This document shows, piece after piece, positions 1-10,068 of a stretch of 64,000 bases of DNA. Below the pieces are notes generated by a model. That model saw nothing but the letters and a program-made list of their open reading frames with translations, made no database searches and was not told the origin of the DNA. Source of the stretch: an uncultured Ulvibacter sp. GTDB lineage: Bacteria > Bacteroidota > Bacteroidia > Flavobacteriales > Flavobacteriaceae. Position 1 is the stretch's first letter. Every line of letters begins with the position of its first letter. The translations under genes and the position numbers were made by a program. Location: positions 59,365 to 123,364 of the forward strand of contig CALSSW010000004.1 in assembly GCA_943789105.1 (NCBI GenBank), given 5' to 3'.

Positions 1-538
1 AAGGTTTGTTGCTTTGTGGTTGTACATCAACAAGACCAATGGCGTCAACAACCTCAATGCCTTCAACAACCTCACCAAATACGGTGTGCTTACCGTTTAG
101 CCATGGTGTTTCTTTAAGTGTTACGAAGAACTGGCTACCATTGGTAGCAGGACCACTATTTGCCATAGATAAGATTCCTTTTCTGTCATGAACCAGCGCT
201 GGTACAATCTCATCAGGGAATTTATATCCAGGATTTCCAGAGCCTGTTCCTGTTGGATCACCACCTTGAATCATGAAATCTTTTATTACTCGGTGAAATA
301 TAACACTGTCATAAAACTTTTTTCCTTTGTGTTTGTCATCTACCATTTGGTTGGTTCCTTGTGCTAGTGACACAAAGTTGGCAACTGTAAGTGGGGTAGC
401 CTCGTTGTATAGTTTTGCTACAAAGGTTCCTTTGTTTGTGATAACTTCTGCATATACCCCATTTGGAAGATCTGGGTATTTATTCTGGCATGACATAATT
501 GTTATTGCTAATAAAAGTACTAATGAGATTCTTTTCAT
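1..538 (-). CDS. Cyclophilin-type peptidyl-prolyl isomerase lipoprotein (3' end runs off the window)
   Basis: Manual translation from ATG 538: MKRISLVLLLAITIMSC (lipobox) ... TVANFVSLAQG ... FHRVIKDFMIQGGDPTGTGSG, the cyclophilin signature. Missing from the ORF track because it is truncated. Confidence 0.9.
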   Translation of the reverse strand, partial: MKRISLVLLLAITIMSCQNKYPDLPNGVYAEVITNKGTFVAKLYNEATPLTVANFVSLAQGTNQMVDDKHKGKKFYDSVIFHRVIKDFMIQGGDPTGTGSGNPGYKFPDEIVPALVHDRKGILSMANSGPATNGSQFFVTLKETPWLNGKHTVFGEVVEGIEVVDAIGLVDVQPQSNKP

Positions 539-554
539 GATAATTGAACTAAAT

Positions 555-1106
555 TTATTGATTTTGATTTATTGATAGTAATGTAATATCACTGGTAATA
601 GGTTCGTTGGTACCTAATTTTTTTTCAATGCCATAGTAACCATAGGCCTTGTATGATGGAAATATAAAAGTAGCTTTTTCTCCTGGGCTTAATAGTTTAA
701 CGCCCTCTCTAATTCCAGAAATTAAATCCTGGTTTGATTGATCTACCCTATAGGTCTGAATTCCGTTCTCTTTGGCTGAAACTATAATATTTCCCTCTAA
801 GTCTTTTACGTTATAGGTAAAAGTAATAAGGTCTCCCAGGGCAGGGTTTTGTTTTGAAATGGTGCTATCTCTTTGAGTTAGGGTATACCAAAATCCACTT
901 TTTGAAGAAATATAATCATGCAGGCTGTCTGTTTTTATCATTGCCTCTATGATAGACTTCTCCTGCTTGTATATACGTTTGTTGCGCGCCACAGAGGCTT
1001 CAATAAAACTTCCAGAAGAAGATTTAACAGGAGTTCTAGCTTCAGGATTTTGGCAACTAGTACCTATAAAAGTAAGCATCAAATATGCAATAAAAGTGCG
1101 CATCAT
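555..1106 (-). CDS. gldI: Gliding motility-associated FKBP-type PPIase lipoprotein GldI
   Basis: Lipobox GTSC, PEARTPV, FKBP-like C-terminus (GIREGVKLL..GEKATFIFPSYKAYGYYG); lies next to a PPIase and a DHH phosphoesterase. Confidence 0.85.
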   Translation of the reverse strand: MMRTFIAYLMLTFIGTSCQNPEARTPVKSSSGSFIEASVARNKRIYKQEKSIIEAMIKTDSLHDYISSKSGFWYTLTQRDSTISKQNPALGDLITFTYNVKDLEGNIIVSAKENGIQTYRVDQSNQDLISGIREGVKLLSPGEKATFIFPSYKAYGYYGIEKKLGTNEPITSDITLLSINQNQ

Positions 1107-1107
1107 A

Positions 1108-2118
1108 TTATAATTGATCTTTGTAATTTGGTAATATACTAATAAATTGAGTTACCGTATCTTTTAGAGACAATAGGCTTCTTCCTCCTGCAGCATTGGT
1201 GTGTCCTCCGCCATTGTAGTGAGTCCTAGAAAATTCATTGACAGAAAAATCACCTTTACTTCTAAGTGAAATTTTCACAATATTTTCTTGCCTGTTTTCA
1301 ATAAAAATAATAGCAAAAACAATACCCAATACAGATAAGGCATAATTAACAAAGCCTTCTGTATCTCCCTTTTTAAAATTATTATCATCAAGCTCTTTTT
1401 GGGATATGGTAATATAGGCAGTATGATACTTTTCAAGTACTACTAGATTATCTAGGGCAACACCCAGCAGCTTTATTCTAGAACTAGAGTTGGTATCATA
1501 TACGTTTTGATGAATTTCAGCATTTTTGGCTCCATGTTCTATCAAAGAAGCTATTACTCTATGGGTGACGGCTGTAGTAGATGGAAATCTAAATGAGCCA
1601 GTATCTGTCATTATACCTGTGTACAAAAGGGTAGCAATTTGTGGAGTAATATGTTGTTGGCCTTTAAGGGAAGTTATAAAATGAAATATCATCTCACAGG
1701 TAGAACCCATGGTAGTATCAGAGTATGTTATAAGGGCATAATTGTCAGGTTGTTGATGGTGATCTATCATCACAAAGGCAGCCTCGCTTTTCTCTAAGGC
1801 GGCTTGCATATCTCCCACACGGCTCAAAGAATTAAAATCTAAAGTAAAGATTACATCAGCATTTTCAATAGCCTCAAGCGCCTGTGTGTTTTGTTTTTCA
1901 AAATTAAAAATAGTATTAGTACTTGGCAGCCATGTTAAAAAATCAGGGAAATCATTTGGCATTACAACTTGACTTTTTTGACCTGTAGATTTTAAATATA
2001 AGTTTAAACCAAGGCAGGAGCCTATAGCATCGCCATCGGGGTTTTTATGACCAATAATCACACAATTTTTTGGTGTAGAAAGTAGTTCTTTTATCTGAGA
2101 TGTAATTGCTGTATTCAT
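1108..2118 (-). CDS. nrnA: DHH-family bifunctional oligoribonuclease/PAP phosphatase NrnA
   Basis: HKNPDGDAIGS, IDHH, TDTGSF and GGGHTNAAG motifs. Confidence 0.9.
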   Translation of the reverse strand: MNTAITSQIKELLSTPKNCVIIGHKNPDGDAIGSCLGLNLYLKSTGQKSQVVMPNDFPDFLTWLPSTNTIFNFEKQNTQALEAIENADVIFTLDFNSLSRVGDMQAALEKSEAAFVMIDHHQQPDNYALITYSDTTMGSTCEMIFHFITSLKGQQHITPQIATLLYTGIMTDTGSFRFPSTTAVTHRVIASLIEHGAKNAEIHQNVYDTNSSSRIKLLGVALDNLVVLEKYHTAYITISQKELDDNNFKKGDTEGFVNYALSVLGIVFAIIFIENRQENIVKISLRSKGDFSVNEFSRTHYNGGGHTNAAGGRSLLSLKDTVTQFISILPNYKDQL

Positions 2119-2308
2119 AAGCTACGAAGATACAATTAATAACAATATATACTTTAAAAATTTTAAAGGTTCATTGTTTTTTAGTGCTCTAAATATGACA
2201 GGGCAAGAGCCTTTTGGTTTTAAATAATTGTTATTAATGTCACTTTTTTACTATTGTGGATTAAAATGTAACATAAAAGTTTATTTTTGCACAAAATTTA
2301 ATAAGATT

Positions 2309-2728
2309 ATGAGAACAGACAGAACCTTTACAATGTTAAAGCCAGACAGTGTTGAAAAAGGAAACATTGGAGCTATTATAGACAAAATAAATGCAGCAGG
2401 TTTTAGAATTGTTGCTATGAAATTAACACACATGACTACGCAAGATGCGCAGGAATTTTACGCAGTACACAGCGAGCGTCCATTTTATGGAGAGTTGGTT
2501 GAGTACATGACACGTGGTCCTGTTGTAGCCGCTATTTTAGAGAAAGATAATGCAGTTGCAGACTTTAGAACCTTAATTGGAGCCACCAACCCAGCAGATG
2601 CTGCGGAGGGTACCATCCGCAAGTTGTATGCTGCCTCTATGGGAGAGAATGCTGTTCATGGAAGTGATAGTGATGAGAATGCTGCTATTGAAGGCGCGTT
2701 TCATTTCTCAGGTAGAGAAATGTTTTAG
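2309..2728 (+). CDS. ndk: Nucleoside diphosphate kinase
   Basis: RTFTMLKPD..., [13 protein letters not shown] active-site His; start set at ATG 2309 after a TATTTTTG -7 element. Confidence 0.97.
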   Translation: MRTDRTFTMLKPDSVEKGNIGAIIDKINAAGFRIVAMKLTHMTTQDAQEFYAVHSERPFYGELVEYMTRGPVVAAILEKDNAVADFRTLIGATNPADAAEGTIRKLYAASMGENAVHGSDSDENAAIEGAFHFSGREMF

Positions 2729-2746
2729 TACTAAACATACCGTATT

Positions 2747-2783
2747 TAAAAAGCCGTTTATCATAAATATAAACGGCTTTTTA
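2747..2783. terminator. Bidirectional intrinsic terminator between ndk and the DUF721 gene
   Basis: TAAAAAGCCGTTTAT-loop-ATAAACGGCTTTTTA inverted repeat between convergent genes. Confidence 0.85.
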
Positions 2784-2804
2784 AATTTAGAGTACCCGTA
2801 AAAG

Positions 2805-3101
2805 TTATCTAAGCACTACTTTGTCAATTAAGTTTTTGCCTAGTTCCTCATTTAAAAGGCGAATTATCTTTTCTCTTCCATAGCTCAGTTCTTCTCTAAG
2901 CACTGAAGAGCTTAATTGCACATATAAAATATCTCTCTCCAATATTACCTCTGTAGTGTAATTAGCAACTCCTGGGCCCATGACTTTTAACCAAGCATTT
3001 TTAGCATCTACTTTATCTAAGCCTTTTGCAAGTTTTCCTTTACCAATAAAAGCTTTTAGCACATCACCAATGGTGGCTTCTTCTGTGTTTCTTTTTGCCA
3101 T
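2805..3101 (-). CDS. DUF721 / DciA-family protein
   Basis: W..VMG..VA.YT....L....LYVQLSSSVLREELSYG pattern; downstream of recF. Confidence 0.8.
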   Translation of the reverse strand: MAKRNTEEATIGDVLKAFIGKGKLAKGLDKVDAKNAWLKVMGPGVANYTTEVILERDILYVQLSSSVLREELSYGREKIIRLLNEELGKNLIDKVVLR

Positions 3102-3126
3102 GATTTATAGTGGTATTTATTGATAT

Positions 3127-3552
3127 TTATTTAAAATTAAATTTCTCAAAGCGTTTGTAAATATATTCTTTGCCTTGCTTGTTTACAATACGTAATTTTT
3201 CTTTGGTAGCTTCCTTCACTTTCTCAACCCAAATACTCTCTGGGTTTTGATACCGCAAGATCAGCTCACCTGAAGATCCATCTATGGTAAAAGTTTCTGT
3301 GGCACCATTGTTTTTAAAACTACCATCTAATTGCGGGCTTACCTTGGTGCGTTTGCCGAAATTTCCATCTACAGTAATATAATCTACAATAGTACTAATT
3401 TTAAATTCTTTTGTTTCTCCCTCTAGTGTAGTTACTTTTTCAATTTCCCAATAACCAGAAAGATTTTCTTTAAGCTCTTTTGTGTTTTGTTGACAGCCAA
3501 AAATACTTGTAGATACAATCAAAAACAAACCAATATGTACATACTTTTTCAT
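3127..3552 (-). CDS. Lipocalin-like lipoprotein
   Basis: Lipobox IFGC and LSGYWEIEKV (GxW lipocalin motif). Confidence 0.6.
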   Translation of the reverse strand: MKKYVHIGLFLIVSTSIFGCQQNTKELKENLSGYWEIEKVTTLEGETKEFKISTIVDYITVDGNFGKRTKVSPQLDGSFKNNGATETFTIDGSSGELILRYQNPESIWVEKVKEATKEKLRIVNKQGKEYIYKRFEKFNFK

Positions 3553-3555
3553 CTT

Positions 3556-4635
3556 CTACAATTTAAAAAGCATATAGCTTTTGTGAATTTCTTTTACAAC
3601 AGCTTCTGTTCTTTGGGCATGTGTGTCACTAATAAAAATTTGTCCAAAGCTGTCATCATGCACTAGTTTTATTATTTGTGCAACCCGCTGTTGGTCAAGT
3701 TTGTCAAAAATATCATCTAGAAGTAGGATAGGAGTGACCCCGTTTATTTTTTTTATAAAGTCAAACTGGGCTAGTTTTAATGCAATTAGAAATGATTTTT
3801 GTTGCCCTTGAGAACCAAATTTTTTAATAGGGTGACCATCTATTTCAAAAACCAAATCATCTTTATGAATTCCAAAGCCTGTATACTGCATCATTTTATC
3901 TTTGGAGATATTGTTTTTTAACAAACTTAGTAGTGTGGCGTCTTCTAGTTGGCTTTTATATATAAGAGAAACCTTTTCTGAACTATTGCTTATTACTTTG
4001 TGGCGGGCCAAAAATATAGGGAGAAATTCTTCTAGGAAAGCTGCTCTTTTTTCAAATATTAGGGTTCCATATTGTGTGAGTTGCTCGTCATAAATATCTA
4101 GGGTGTCTTGATTGTGCGTTTGGTTTGCCGCAAAATACTTTAGTAAAGAATTACGCTGCAGGAGCACTTTGTTGTAGTTAATTAGGTGCTGCAGGTAGGA
4201 TGGGTCTGCTTGAGATATCACACCGTCTATAAATTTTCTTCTCGTATCACTTCCTTCCACAATTAAATCACGATCTGCAGGAGAAATCAATACAAGAGGC
4301 AGAAACCCAATATGTTCACTAAATTTCTCATAGACCTTAGCATTGCGTTTTACTATTTTTTTATTGCCACGTTTGGCGCTCACGTTTATTTTTTCTGGTC
4401 TGCCATTTTTTAAGTAGCTTCCTTCAACAACAAAGAAATCTGTACCATGGCGCATGTTTTGTCCTGTAATGGGATTAAAATAGCTCTTTCCGAAGGACAG
4501 GTGATAAATAGCGTCCAATACGTTGGTTTTTCCTACTCCATTTTGACCAACAAAGCAATTTATCTTGGCATCGAAGGTAAAAGACTGCGATTCAAAGTTT
4601 TTATAGTTAAGTAAAGAAAGTTGCTCTAATTGCAT
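3556..4635 (-). CDS. recF: DNA replication/repair protein RecF
   Basis: Walker [17 protein letters not shown] and [11 protein letters not shown]. Confidence 0.97.
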   Translation of the reverse strand: MQLEQLSLLNYKNFESQSFTFDAKINCFVGQNGVGKTNVLDAIYHLSFGKSYFNPITGQNMRHGTDFFVVEGSYLKNGRPEKINVSAKRGNKKIVKRNAKVYEKFSEHIGFLPLVLISPADRDLIVEGSDTRRKFIDGVISQADPSYLQHLINYNKVLLQRNSLLKYFAANQTHNQDTLDIYDEQLTQYGTLIFEKRAAFLEEFLPIFLARHKVISNSSEKVSLIYKSQLEDATLLSLLKNNISKDKMMQYTGFGIHKDDLVFEIDGHPIKKFGSQGQQKSFLIALKLAQFDFIKKINGVTPILLLDDIFDKLDQQRVAQIIKLVHDDSFGQIFISDTHAQRTEAVVKEIHKSYMLFKL

Positions 4636-4786
4636 TATAATATGATGTTTACAGACTATTTAAAAGTAAAATAGGTTTTTATTTTGGACTTGTTTTTCTT
4701 TCTGCAAATTATTGAAAAATAACAAATCTTTTAGCTTTTATATTCTGATAAAAATTTTATTTTTGCGGTACACAAAAAATCAATCT

Positions 4787-5563
4787 ATGGCAACGTACAA
4801 AAAACGAGGCGGAAAAATAAAATCAAAATCAGAGGCAGTAAATGATTCTGAGCTTTTAGAAGGAGAAAGTACCACAGCTGAGGTTTTTAATACCTTAGAT
4901 GAAACTGCTAATAAAACCGAAGAGTGGGTTGAGAAAAACCAAAAAGTTATTTTAATAGCCGTAGGTGTTATTGCCATTACTGTGTTGGCATATTTAGGTT
5001 TTATAAATGTTATACAAGAGCCAAAAGAGAAAGAGGCCATGAGCGAGATGTACCAAGCTCAAGAGTACTTTGACCAAGCACTTACAGCACCCGTAGCTAG
5101 TGATTCTTTATACAACCTTGCCCTTAATGGAGGAAATAGCAAATACGGTTTCTTAGATATCATAGAAAACTACGGTGGCACAAAAGCTGCCAACGTATCA
5201 AGTTATTATGCAGGAGTTGCATACCTGAATATCAATGACTACAAAAATGCTATTTCATATCTAGATGCTTTTAGTAGTGATGACGCTATGCTTGGTCCTT
5301 TAGCAAAAGGAGCTATCGGCGATGCCTTTGTACAGTTAAACCAAATGGATAAAGCTCTTGAGTATTACCAAAGTGCTGCAAGCATGCAAGCTAATGAGTT
5401 TACTACCCCTCGTTTTTTATTAAAAGCAGGTATTGTTGCATTAGAAACTGGAAATACAATAAAAGCAGTAGCTCATTTTACAAGCATCACAGAATTATAT
5501 CCTAAAGCTACCGAGGCTGTTAAAGCCAAGACGTATTTGAGCAAAGCAAAAGCAATGCAATAA
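4787..5563 (+). CDS. Membrane-anchored tetratricopeptide-repeat protein (YfgM-like)
   Basis: MATYKKRG start, one TM helix, TPR-like helical repeats. Confidence 0.75.
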   Translation: MATYKKRGGKIKSKSEAVNDSELLEGESTTAEVFNTLDETANKTEEWVEKNQKVILIAVGVIAITVLAYLGFINVIQEPKEKEAMSEMYQAQEYFDQALTAPVASDSLYNLALNGGNSKYGFLDIIENYGGTKAANVSSYYAGVAYLNINDYKNAISYLDAFSSDDAMLGPLAKGAIGDAFVQLNQMDKALEYYQSAASMQANEFTTPRFLLKAGIVALETGNTIKAVAHFTSITELYPKATEAVKAKTYLSKAKAMQ

Positions 5564-5590
5564 TTTTATCTACCCAGGTAGATACCCTAT

Positions 5591-6088
5591 ATGGCAACAA
5601 AAAATACAAATTTATCTGTATATGATAAAGCGACAATCCCAAATGCGAAAAATTTTCGATTTGGGATTGTTGTTTCTCAATGGAATCCTGCAATAACCGG
5701 CGGGATGTTTCAAGGTGCCTTTGATGCTATTTTAGACTGTGGAGGTATTAAGGAGAACATTGTTAGGTGGGATGTACCAGGAAGTTTTGAACTTATTTAC
5801 GGATGTAAAAAAATAACACAAAGCTATGATATGCTAGATGCAGTAATAGCTATAGGGAGTGTTATAGAAGGCCAAACAAAGCATTTTGATTTTGTTTGCC
5901 AGGGTGTTTCTCAGGGCATCAAAGATCTAAACATCCAAGGTGATATACCAGTTATATTTTGTGTACTAACAGATCATACCATGCAACAGGCCATCGATAG
6001 AAGTGGCGGGGCGCATGGTAATAAAGGAGTAGAAGCTGCAATCGCTGCAATAAAAATGGCTCAGTTGCGAAAAGAAGCTTCCTTCTAA
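5591..6088 (+). CDS. ribH: 6,7-dimethyl-8-ribityllumazine synthase
   Basis: GIVVSQWN, VPGSFEL, G.TKHFDFVC, HGNKGVEAA. Confidence 0.95.
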   Translation: MATKNTNLSVYDKATIPNAKNFRFGIVVSQWNPAITGGMFQGAFDAILDCGGIKENIVRWDVPGSFELIYGCKKITQSYDMLDAVIAIGSVIEGQTKHFDFVCQGVSQGIKDLNIQGDIPVIFCVLTDHTMQQAIDRSGGAHGNKGVEAAIAAIKMAQLRKEASF

Positions 6089-6243
6089 GGGGTATTTTAA
6101 ATAGGTTTTAGAATATTTTTCTAAAGACCTTTAGTTCTATTTCTACTAGTTTTCACTACATTTTATAGTGTTGAAAAATTGTCAGCTCTTGGGCTATAAC
6201 AAAACTCTATTTTTAGGTATCTTTGATGTAATTGCACACAAGT

Positions 6244-6543
6244 ATGGGGCCTATAAAATTTACTATTATAAAAAAGTTAAAGTCAAACAACCGCTTTAAC
6301 TATACTCCACGCTACTACAAAGGAAAACAAGGTGTTGAAGATGCAAAGCAAACCACAAAGTTTGATGCCTACGCAGATACCTACAATGAAAATGATTATG
6401 CCGGGCAGTGGCAAAATGCTAGGGTTCACAACCGAAATCGCAATAATATGGCCTTTAATAAAACAGTATTAATTGTGGTGGCTGTGTTGGTATTTATTTT
6501 CTTATATATTATTGATTTTGACCTATCAATTTTCTCTAGCTAA
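6244..6543 (+). CDS. Conserved flavobacterial small membrane protein, function unknown
   Basis: FNYTPRYYKG motif, C-terminal TM ending YIIDFDLSIF; its stop overlaps the mutL start (TAATG). Confidence 0.7.
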   Translation: MGPIKFTIIKKLKSNNRFNYTPRYYKGKQGVEDAKQTTKFDAYADTYNENDYAGQWQNARVHNRNRNNMAFNKTVLIVVAVLVFIFLYIIDFDLSIFSS

Positions 6544-8399
6544 TGCCAGATATTATACAATTATTACCAGACCACGTTGCAAATCAAATTGCTGCTGGAG
6601 AAGTTGTTCAAAGACCCGCTTCTGTAGTTAAAGAGCTATTAGAGAATGCTATTGATGCAAAGTCTACAAGTATTACACTTGTTGTTAAAGATGCAGGAAA
6701 AACCCTAATACAGGTCACAGACAATGGTACAGGAATGAGTCCGTCAGACGCCCTGTTGAGCTTTGAGCGTCATGCAACTTCAAAAATTAAAATTGCTGAA
6801 GATTTATTTAAACTTAATACCAAAGGTTTTAGGGGAGAAGCCCTGGCATCTATTGCTGCAATTGCACATGTTTCTTTAAAAACAAAACTGCATGATCAGC
6901 AAATTGGTACCAAGATCAATGTTGAGGGTAACAAAGTAGTGGGCCAAGAACAAGCTGTAGTTCCAGAGGGCACTACCATTGCTGTTAAGAATTTATTTTT
7001 TAATATTCCTGCAAGGCGTAATTTTTTAAAATCAAATCCTGTAGAAACCCGTCATATCATAGATGAGTTTCATCGTGTAGCACTTGCGCATCCTGATATT
7101 GCATTTACCATGACCCACAATGATGACCTTGTTTTTAATTTACCCCTGAGTAATGTTAGACAACGCATTGTAAATATCTTCGGCTCTAAAACAAATGAAA
7201 AATTAGTTCCGGTTGCAGAAACTACAGATATATTAAAAATTGATGGCTTTGTTCTAAAACCAGATTTTGCTAAGAAAAGTAGGGGGCAACAATTCTTTTT
7301 TGTGAACGATCGTTTTATTAAAAGCCCCTATCTTAACCACGCTGTTAACGCTGCCTTTGAAGGCTTGATAAAACCGTCTCTACATCCAGGTTATTTTCTT
7401 TTTCTGGAGGTAGATCCAAAGTCTATAGATATTAATATACATCCTACCAAAACCGAAATAAAATTTGATGACGAACATGCACTTTATGCTATGGTTAGAG
7501 CAACTATAAAACATAGTTTAGGACAGTTTAGTATTGCTCCTGTGTTAGATTTTAACAGAGAGAGTAGCCTAGATACCCCTTATGATTATAGCAATAAGCC
7601 ACCTGTGACTCCAACCATTGATGTAGATAAAGATTTTAATCCTTTTAGTGCAACACCAAAACAAAAAAACATAGATTTCCCTTACAAAAGAGATAAATCT
7701 TCAGCCCACTGGGATTCTTTGTATGTAGGGTTAAATGATACGCAAGCCACAGACGGTTCTTATTCTCCAGAAACACACCTTAGCTTTGAAAGTGAACAAG
7801 TAACTGGATCTCTTTTTCAGGAGCAAGGCCCTGTGAGTGCACAACTTACATTTCAATTACAAAATAAATATATTATTAGCCCCATAAAAAGTGGTATGAT
7901 GGTTATTCATCAACATCTGGCCCACCAGCGTATTTTGTATGAAGAATTGTTAAAAAACATTACAGTGCATCAGGGCGTGAGCCAGCAACTGTTATTTCCA
8001 TTGGAGCTTCCCTTTTCTATTCCAGATATGGAGGTGCTTCAAAAAATTCAAGAACAATTAGAGTATACAGGCTTTGTTTTTGGTGCCTTTGGAGAGGACA
8101 CTTTATCTATAACAGGTATTCCTGCAGCTTTGTTAGAGGATCAAGCCTGTATGGTTCTGGAACAATTAATTCAAGACATTATCGATGAGGTTCCTGATGC
8201 TGGATTTAGCCAAAATGATTTATTGGTCCGCTCTATGGCCAAAAGCATGGCTATTAAAACAGGGGTAGCACTAAATAGCAAAGAAAGAGAACATTTGGTA
8301 AACCAATTGTTTATGTGCAAAGAACCTAGCGTTTCTCCTTCAAACCAGGCGGTTATTATCACGCTAGATGCAAATGATTTCGACAAAAAATTTATATAA
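6543..8399 (+). CDS. mutL: DNA mismatch repair protein MutL
   Basis: NQIAAGEVVQRPASVVKELLENAIDA, GFRGEALASI, DINIHPTKTEIKF. Confidence 0.97.
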   Translation: MPDIIQLLPDHVANQIAAGEVVQRPASVVKELLENAIDAKSTSITLVVKDAGKTLIQVTDNGTGMSPSDALLSFERHATSKIKIAEDLFKLNTKGFRGEALASIAAIAHVSLKTKLHDQQIGTKINVEGNKVVGQEQAVVPEGTTIAVKNLFFNIPARRNFLKSNPVETRHIIDEFHRVALAHPDIAFTMTHNDDLVFNLPLSNVRQRIVNIFGSKTNEKLVPVAETTDILKIDGFVLKPDFAKKSRGQQFFFVNDRFIKSPYLNHAVNAAFEGLIKPSLHPGYFLFLEVDPKSIDINIHPTKTEIKFDDEHALYAMVRATIKHSLGQFSIAPVLDFNRESSLDTPYDYSNKPPVTPTIDVDKDFNPFSATPKQKNIDFPYKRDKSSAHWDSLYVGLNDTQATDGSYSPETHLSFESEQVTGSLFQEQGPVSAQLTFQLQNKYIISPIKSGMMVIHQHLAHQRILYEELLKNITVHQGVSQQLLFPLELPFSIPDMEVLQKIQEQLEYTGFVFGAFGEDTLSITGIPAALLEDQACMVLEQLIQDIIDEVPDAGFSQNDLLVRSMAKSMAIKTGVALNSKEREHLVNQLFMCKEPSVSPSNQAVIITLDANDFDKKFI

Positions 8400-8434
8400 G
8401 TATAAAAAAAGCATCCTTTTATAAAGGCCACTAT

Positions 8435-9184
8435 ATGGGAAGAATAACAGATACTGTTAAAATACTAATTATTATCAATGTCATTGTCTATGCAGGTTCT
8501 GTGTTTGTTGGTGATGTTGCTTATAGATTGTTTTCTTTATATTATTTTGAACATCCAGATTTTCAAATCTGGCAACCCATTACCCATCTTTTTATGCATG
8601 ACAGAAATGGTTTGATGCATATTTTCTTTAATATGTTTGGTTTGTATATGTTTGGAGCTCCTTTAGAGGAACGTTGGGGACAAAAAAAGTTTTTATTTTT
8701 TTACTTTTCGGCTGGTTTAGGTGCCGCTTTTATTCACTCTTTGGTTGGGTATTACCAAGTACATAGCGCTATGGATGCTTTACTTAGTGCAGGAGTGTCT
8801 CAAGAAGATATCAACGCAATTATGACAACTGGACAATACAATACCGCTTTTTTAAATTCGGTCCCTCTGCAAACTATAGAGCGATTGTTTATAGAATTTA
8901 ACACCCCAGCAGTAGGAGCCTCAGGTGCTTTGTACGGGATACTAGTGGCCTTTGGGCTTATGTTCCCAAACACTGGACTGATGTTACTATTTTTACCATT
9001 TCCTATTAAGGCGAAATATTTTATACCAGGATTATTACTAATGGATTTATTTTCTGGACTAACAGGTTTTTCTTTGTTTGGCGAAAACATTGCAAATTGG
9101 GCGCACATTGGCGGGGCTTTATTTGGTTTTGTTATGGCCTATTACTGGAAGAAAAACGATTTAAATTATACCCGTTGGGATTAA
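8435..9184 (+). CDS. Rhomboid intramembrane serine protease
   Basis: HIFFNM, GASG catalytic Ser, AHIGG catalytic His. Confidence 0.92.
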   Translation: MGRITDTVKILIIINVIVYAGSVFVGDVAYRLFSLYYFEHPDFQIWQPITHLFMHDRNGLMHIFFNMFGLYMFGAPLEERWGQKKFLFFYFSAGLGAAFIHSLVGYYQVHSAMDALLSAGVSQEDINAIMTTGQYNTAFLNSVPLQTIERLFIEFNTPAVGASGALYGILVAFGLMFPNTGLMLLFLPFPIKAKYFIPGLLLMDLFSGLTGFSLFGENIANWAHIGGALFGFVMAYYWKKNDLNYTRWD

Positions 9185-9187
9185 CCT

Positions 9188-10057
9188 ATGCAAGGACAAA
9201 ACGTATTATATAAATTTAAAACATTGAACATTGCAAGCAAGCTGATAGTGATTAACATCGCGGTTTTCTTGTTGTTTTTTATTGCCTCATTTTTATTTAA
9301 CACCTCAAGTGAGGTCTTAATGCAGTGGTTTGTCTTGCCAGAAGAGCCTATTGAGGTTTTAAAGCAACCTTGGTCTTTACTTAGCTATAGCTTTTTACAT
9401 GGTGGTTTTTTACATATTTTGTTTAACATGATATGGTTAAACTTCTTCTCTAAATTTGTATTGAATCTCTTTAGTGAGAAACGCTTTCTTACGGTATACC
9501 TATTGGGAGCCCTATATGGCGGGCTTTTGTTTGTGACGGCCTATAATGTCTTTCCAGTATTCCAAAGTAAGGCTGGGTATCTCTTAGGAGCTTCTGCATC
9601 TGTATCTGCACTGATGGTGTTTGCTGCTACATACTCTCCCAATATATCTTTTCGATTCTTTATGGTGACCATTAAACTATGGCAACTTGCTGTAGGATTA
9701 TTTTTATTAGATTTATTTAGATTAGGATCTGGCACCAATCCTGGAGGTATGCTCTCTCATATAGGCGGAGCCGTTTTTGGTTATCTATACGCAGTACAAT
9801 TGGCAAAAGGGAATGATATTGGTCTATGGTTTGAAAAAATAGTTGCGAGCCTAGCCAATATGTTTAAGACAAGAAAGAGCACCCCTTTTAGAAAAGTGCA
9901 TAAAACACCAAAAAATAGCTCAAAGAGAAAAGTAACTGGAGTCAAGGATGAGCGTCAAATAAAAATAGATGGTATCTTAGATAAAATAGGTAAAAGTGGC
10001 TATGAAAGTTTAACCAAACAAGAAAAAGATTTTTTATTTAAGGCTGGAGATAAATAA
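9188..10057 (+). CDS. Rhomboid intramembrane serine protease with C-terminal soluble domain
   Basis: HILFNM, GASA, SHIGG, C-terminal ID.ILDKI.KSGYESLT..EK.FL domain. Confidence 0.9.
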   Translation: MQGQNVLYKFKTLNIASKLIVINIAVFLLFFIASFLFNTSSEVLMQWFVLPEEPIEVLKQPWSLLSYSFLHGGFLHILFNMIWLNFFSKFVLNLFSEKRFLTVYLLGALYGGLLFVTAYNVFPVFQSKAGYLLGASASVSALMVFAATYSPNISFRFFMVTIKLWQLAVGLFLLDLFRLGSGTNPGGMLSHIGGAVFGYLYAVQLAKGNDIGLWFEKIVASLANMFKTRKSTPFRKVHKTPKNSSKRKVTGVKDERQIKIDGILDKIGKSGYESLTKQEKDFLFKAGDK

Positions 10058-10068
10058 CATACATAATT

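Noticed and set aside
6-575. Plus-strand ORFs 6-191 and 327-575
   Set aside because: Antisense shadows of the minus-strand cyclophilin gene.
5567-5584. TATCTACC-CA-GGTAGATA hairpin before ribH as an FMN riboswitch
   Set aside because: The intergenic gap is only 27 bp and has no FMN aptamer consensus.
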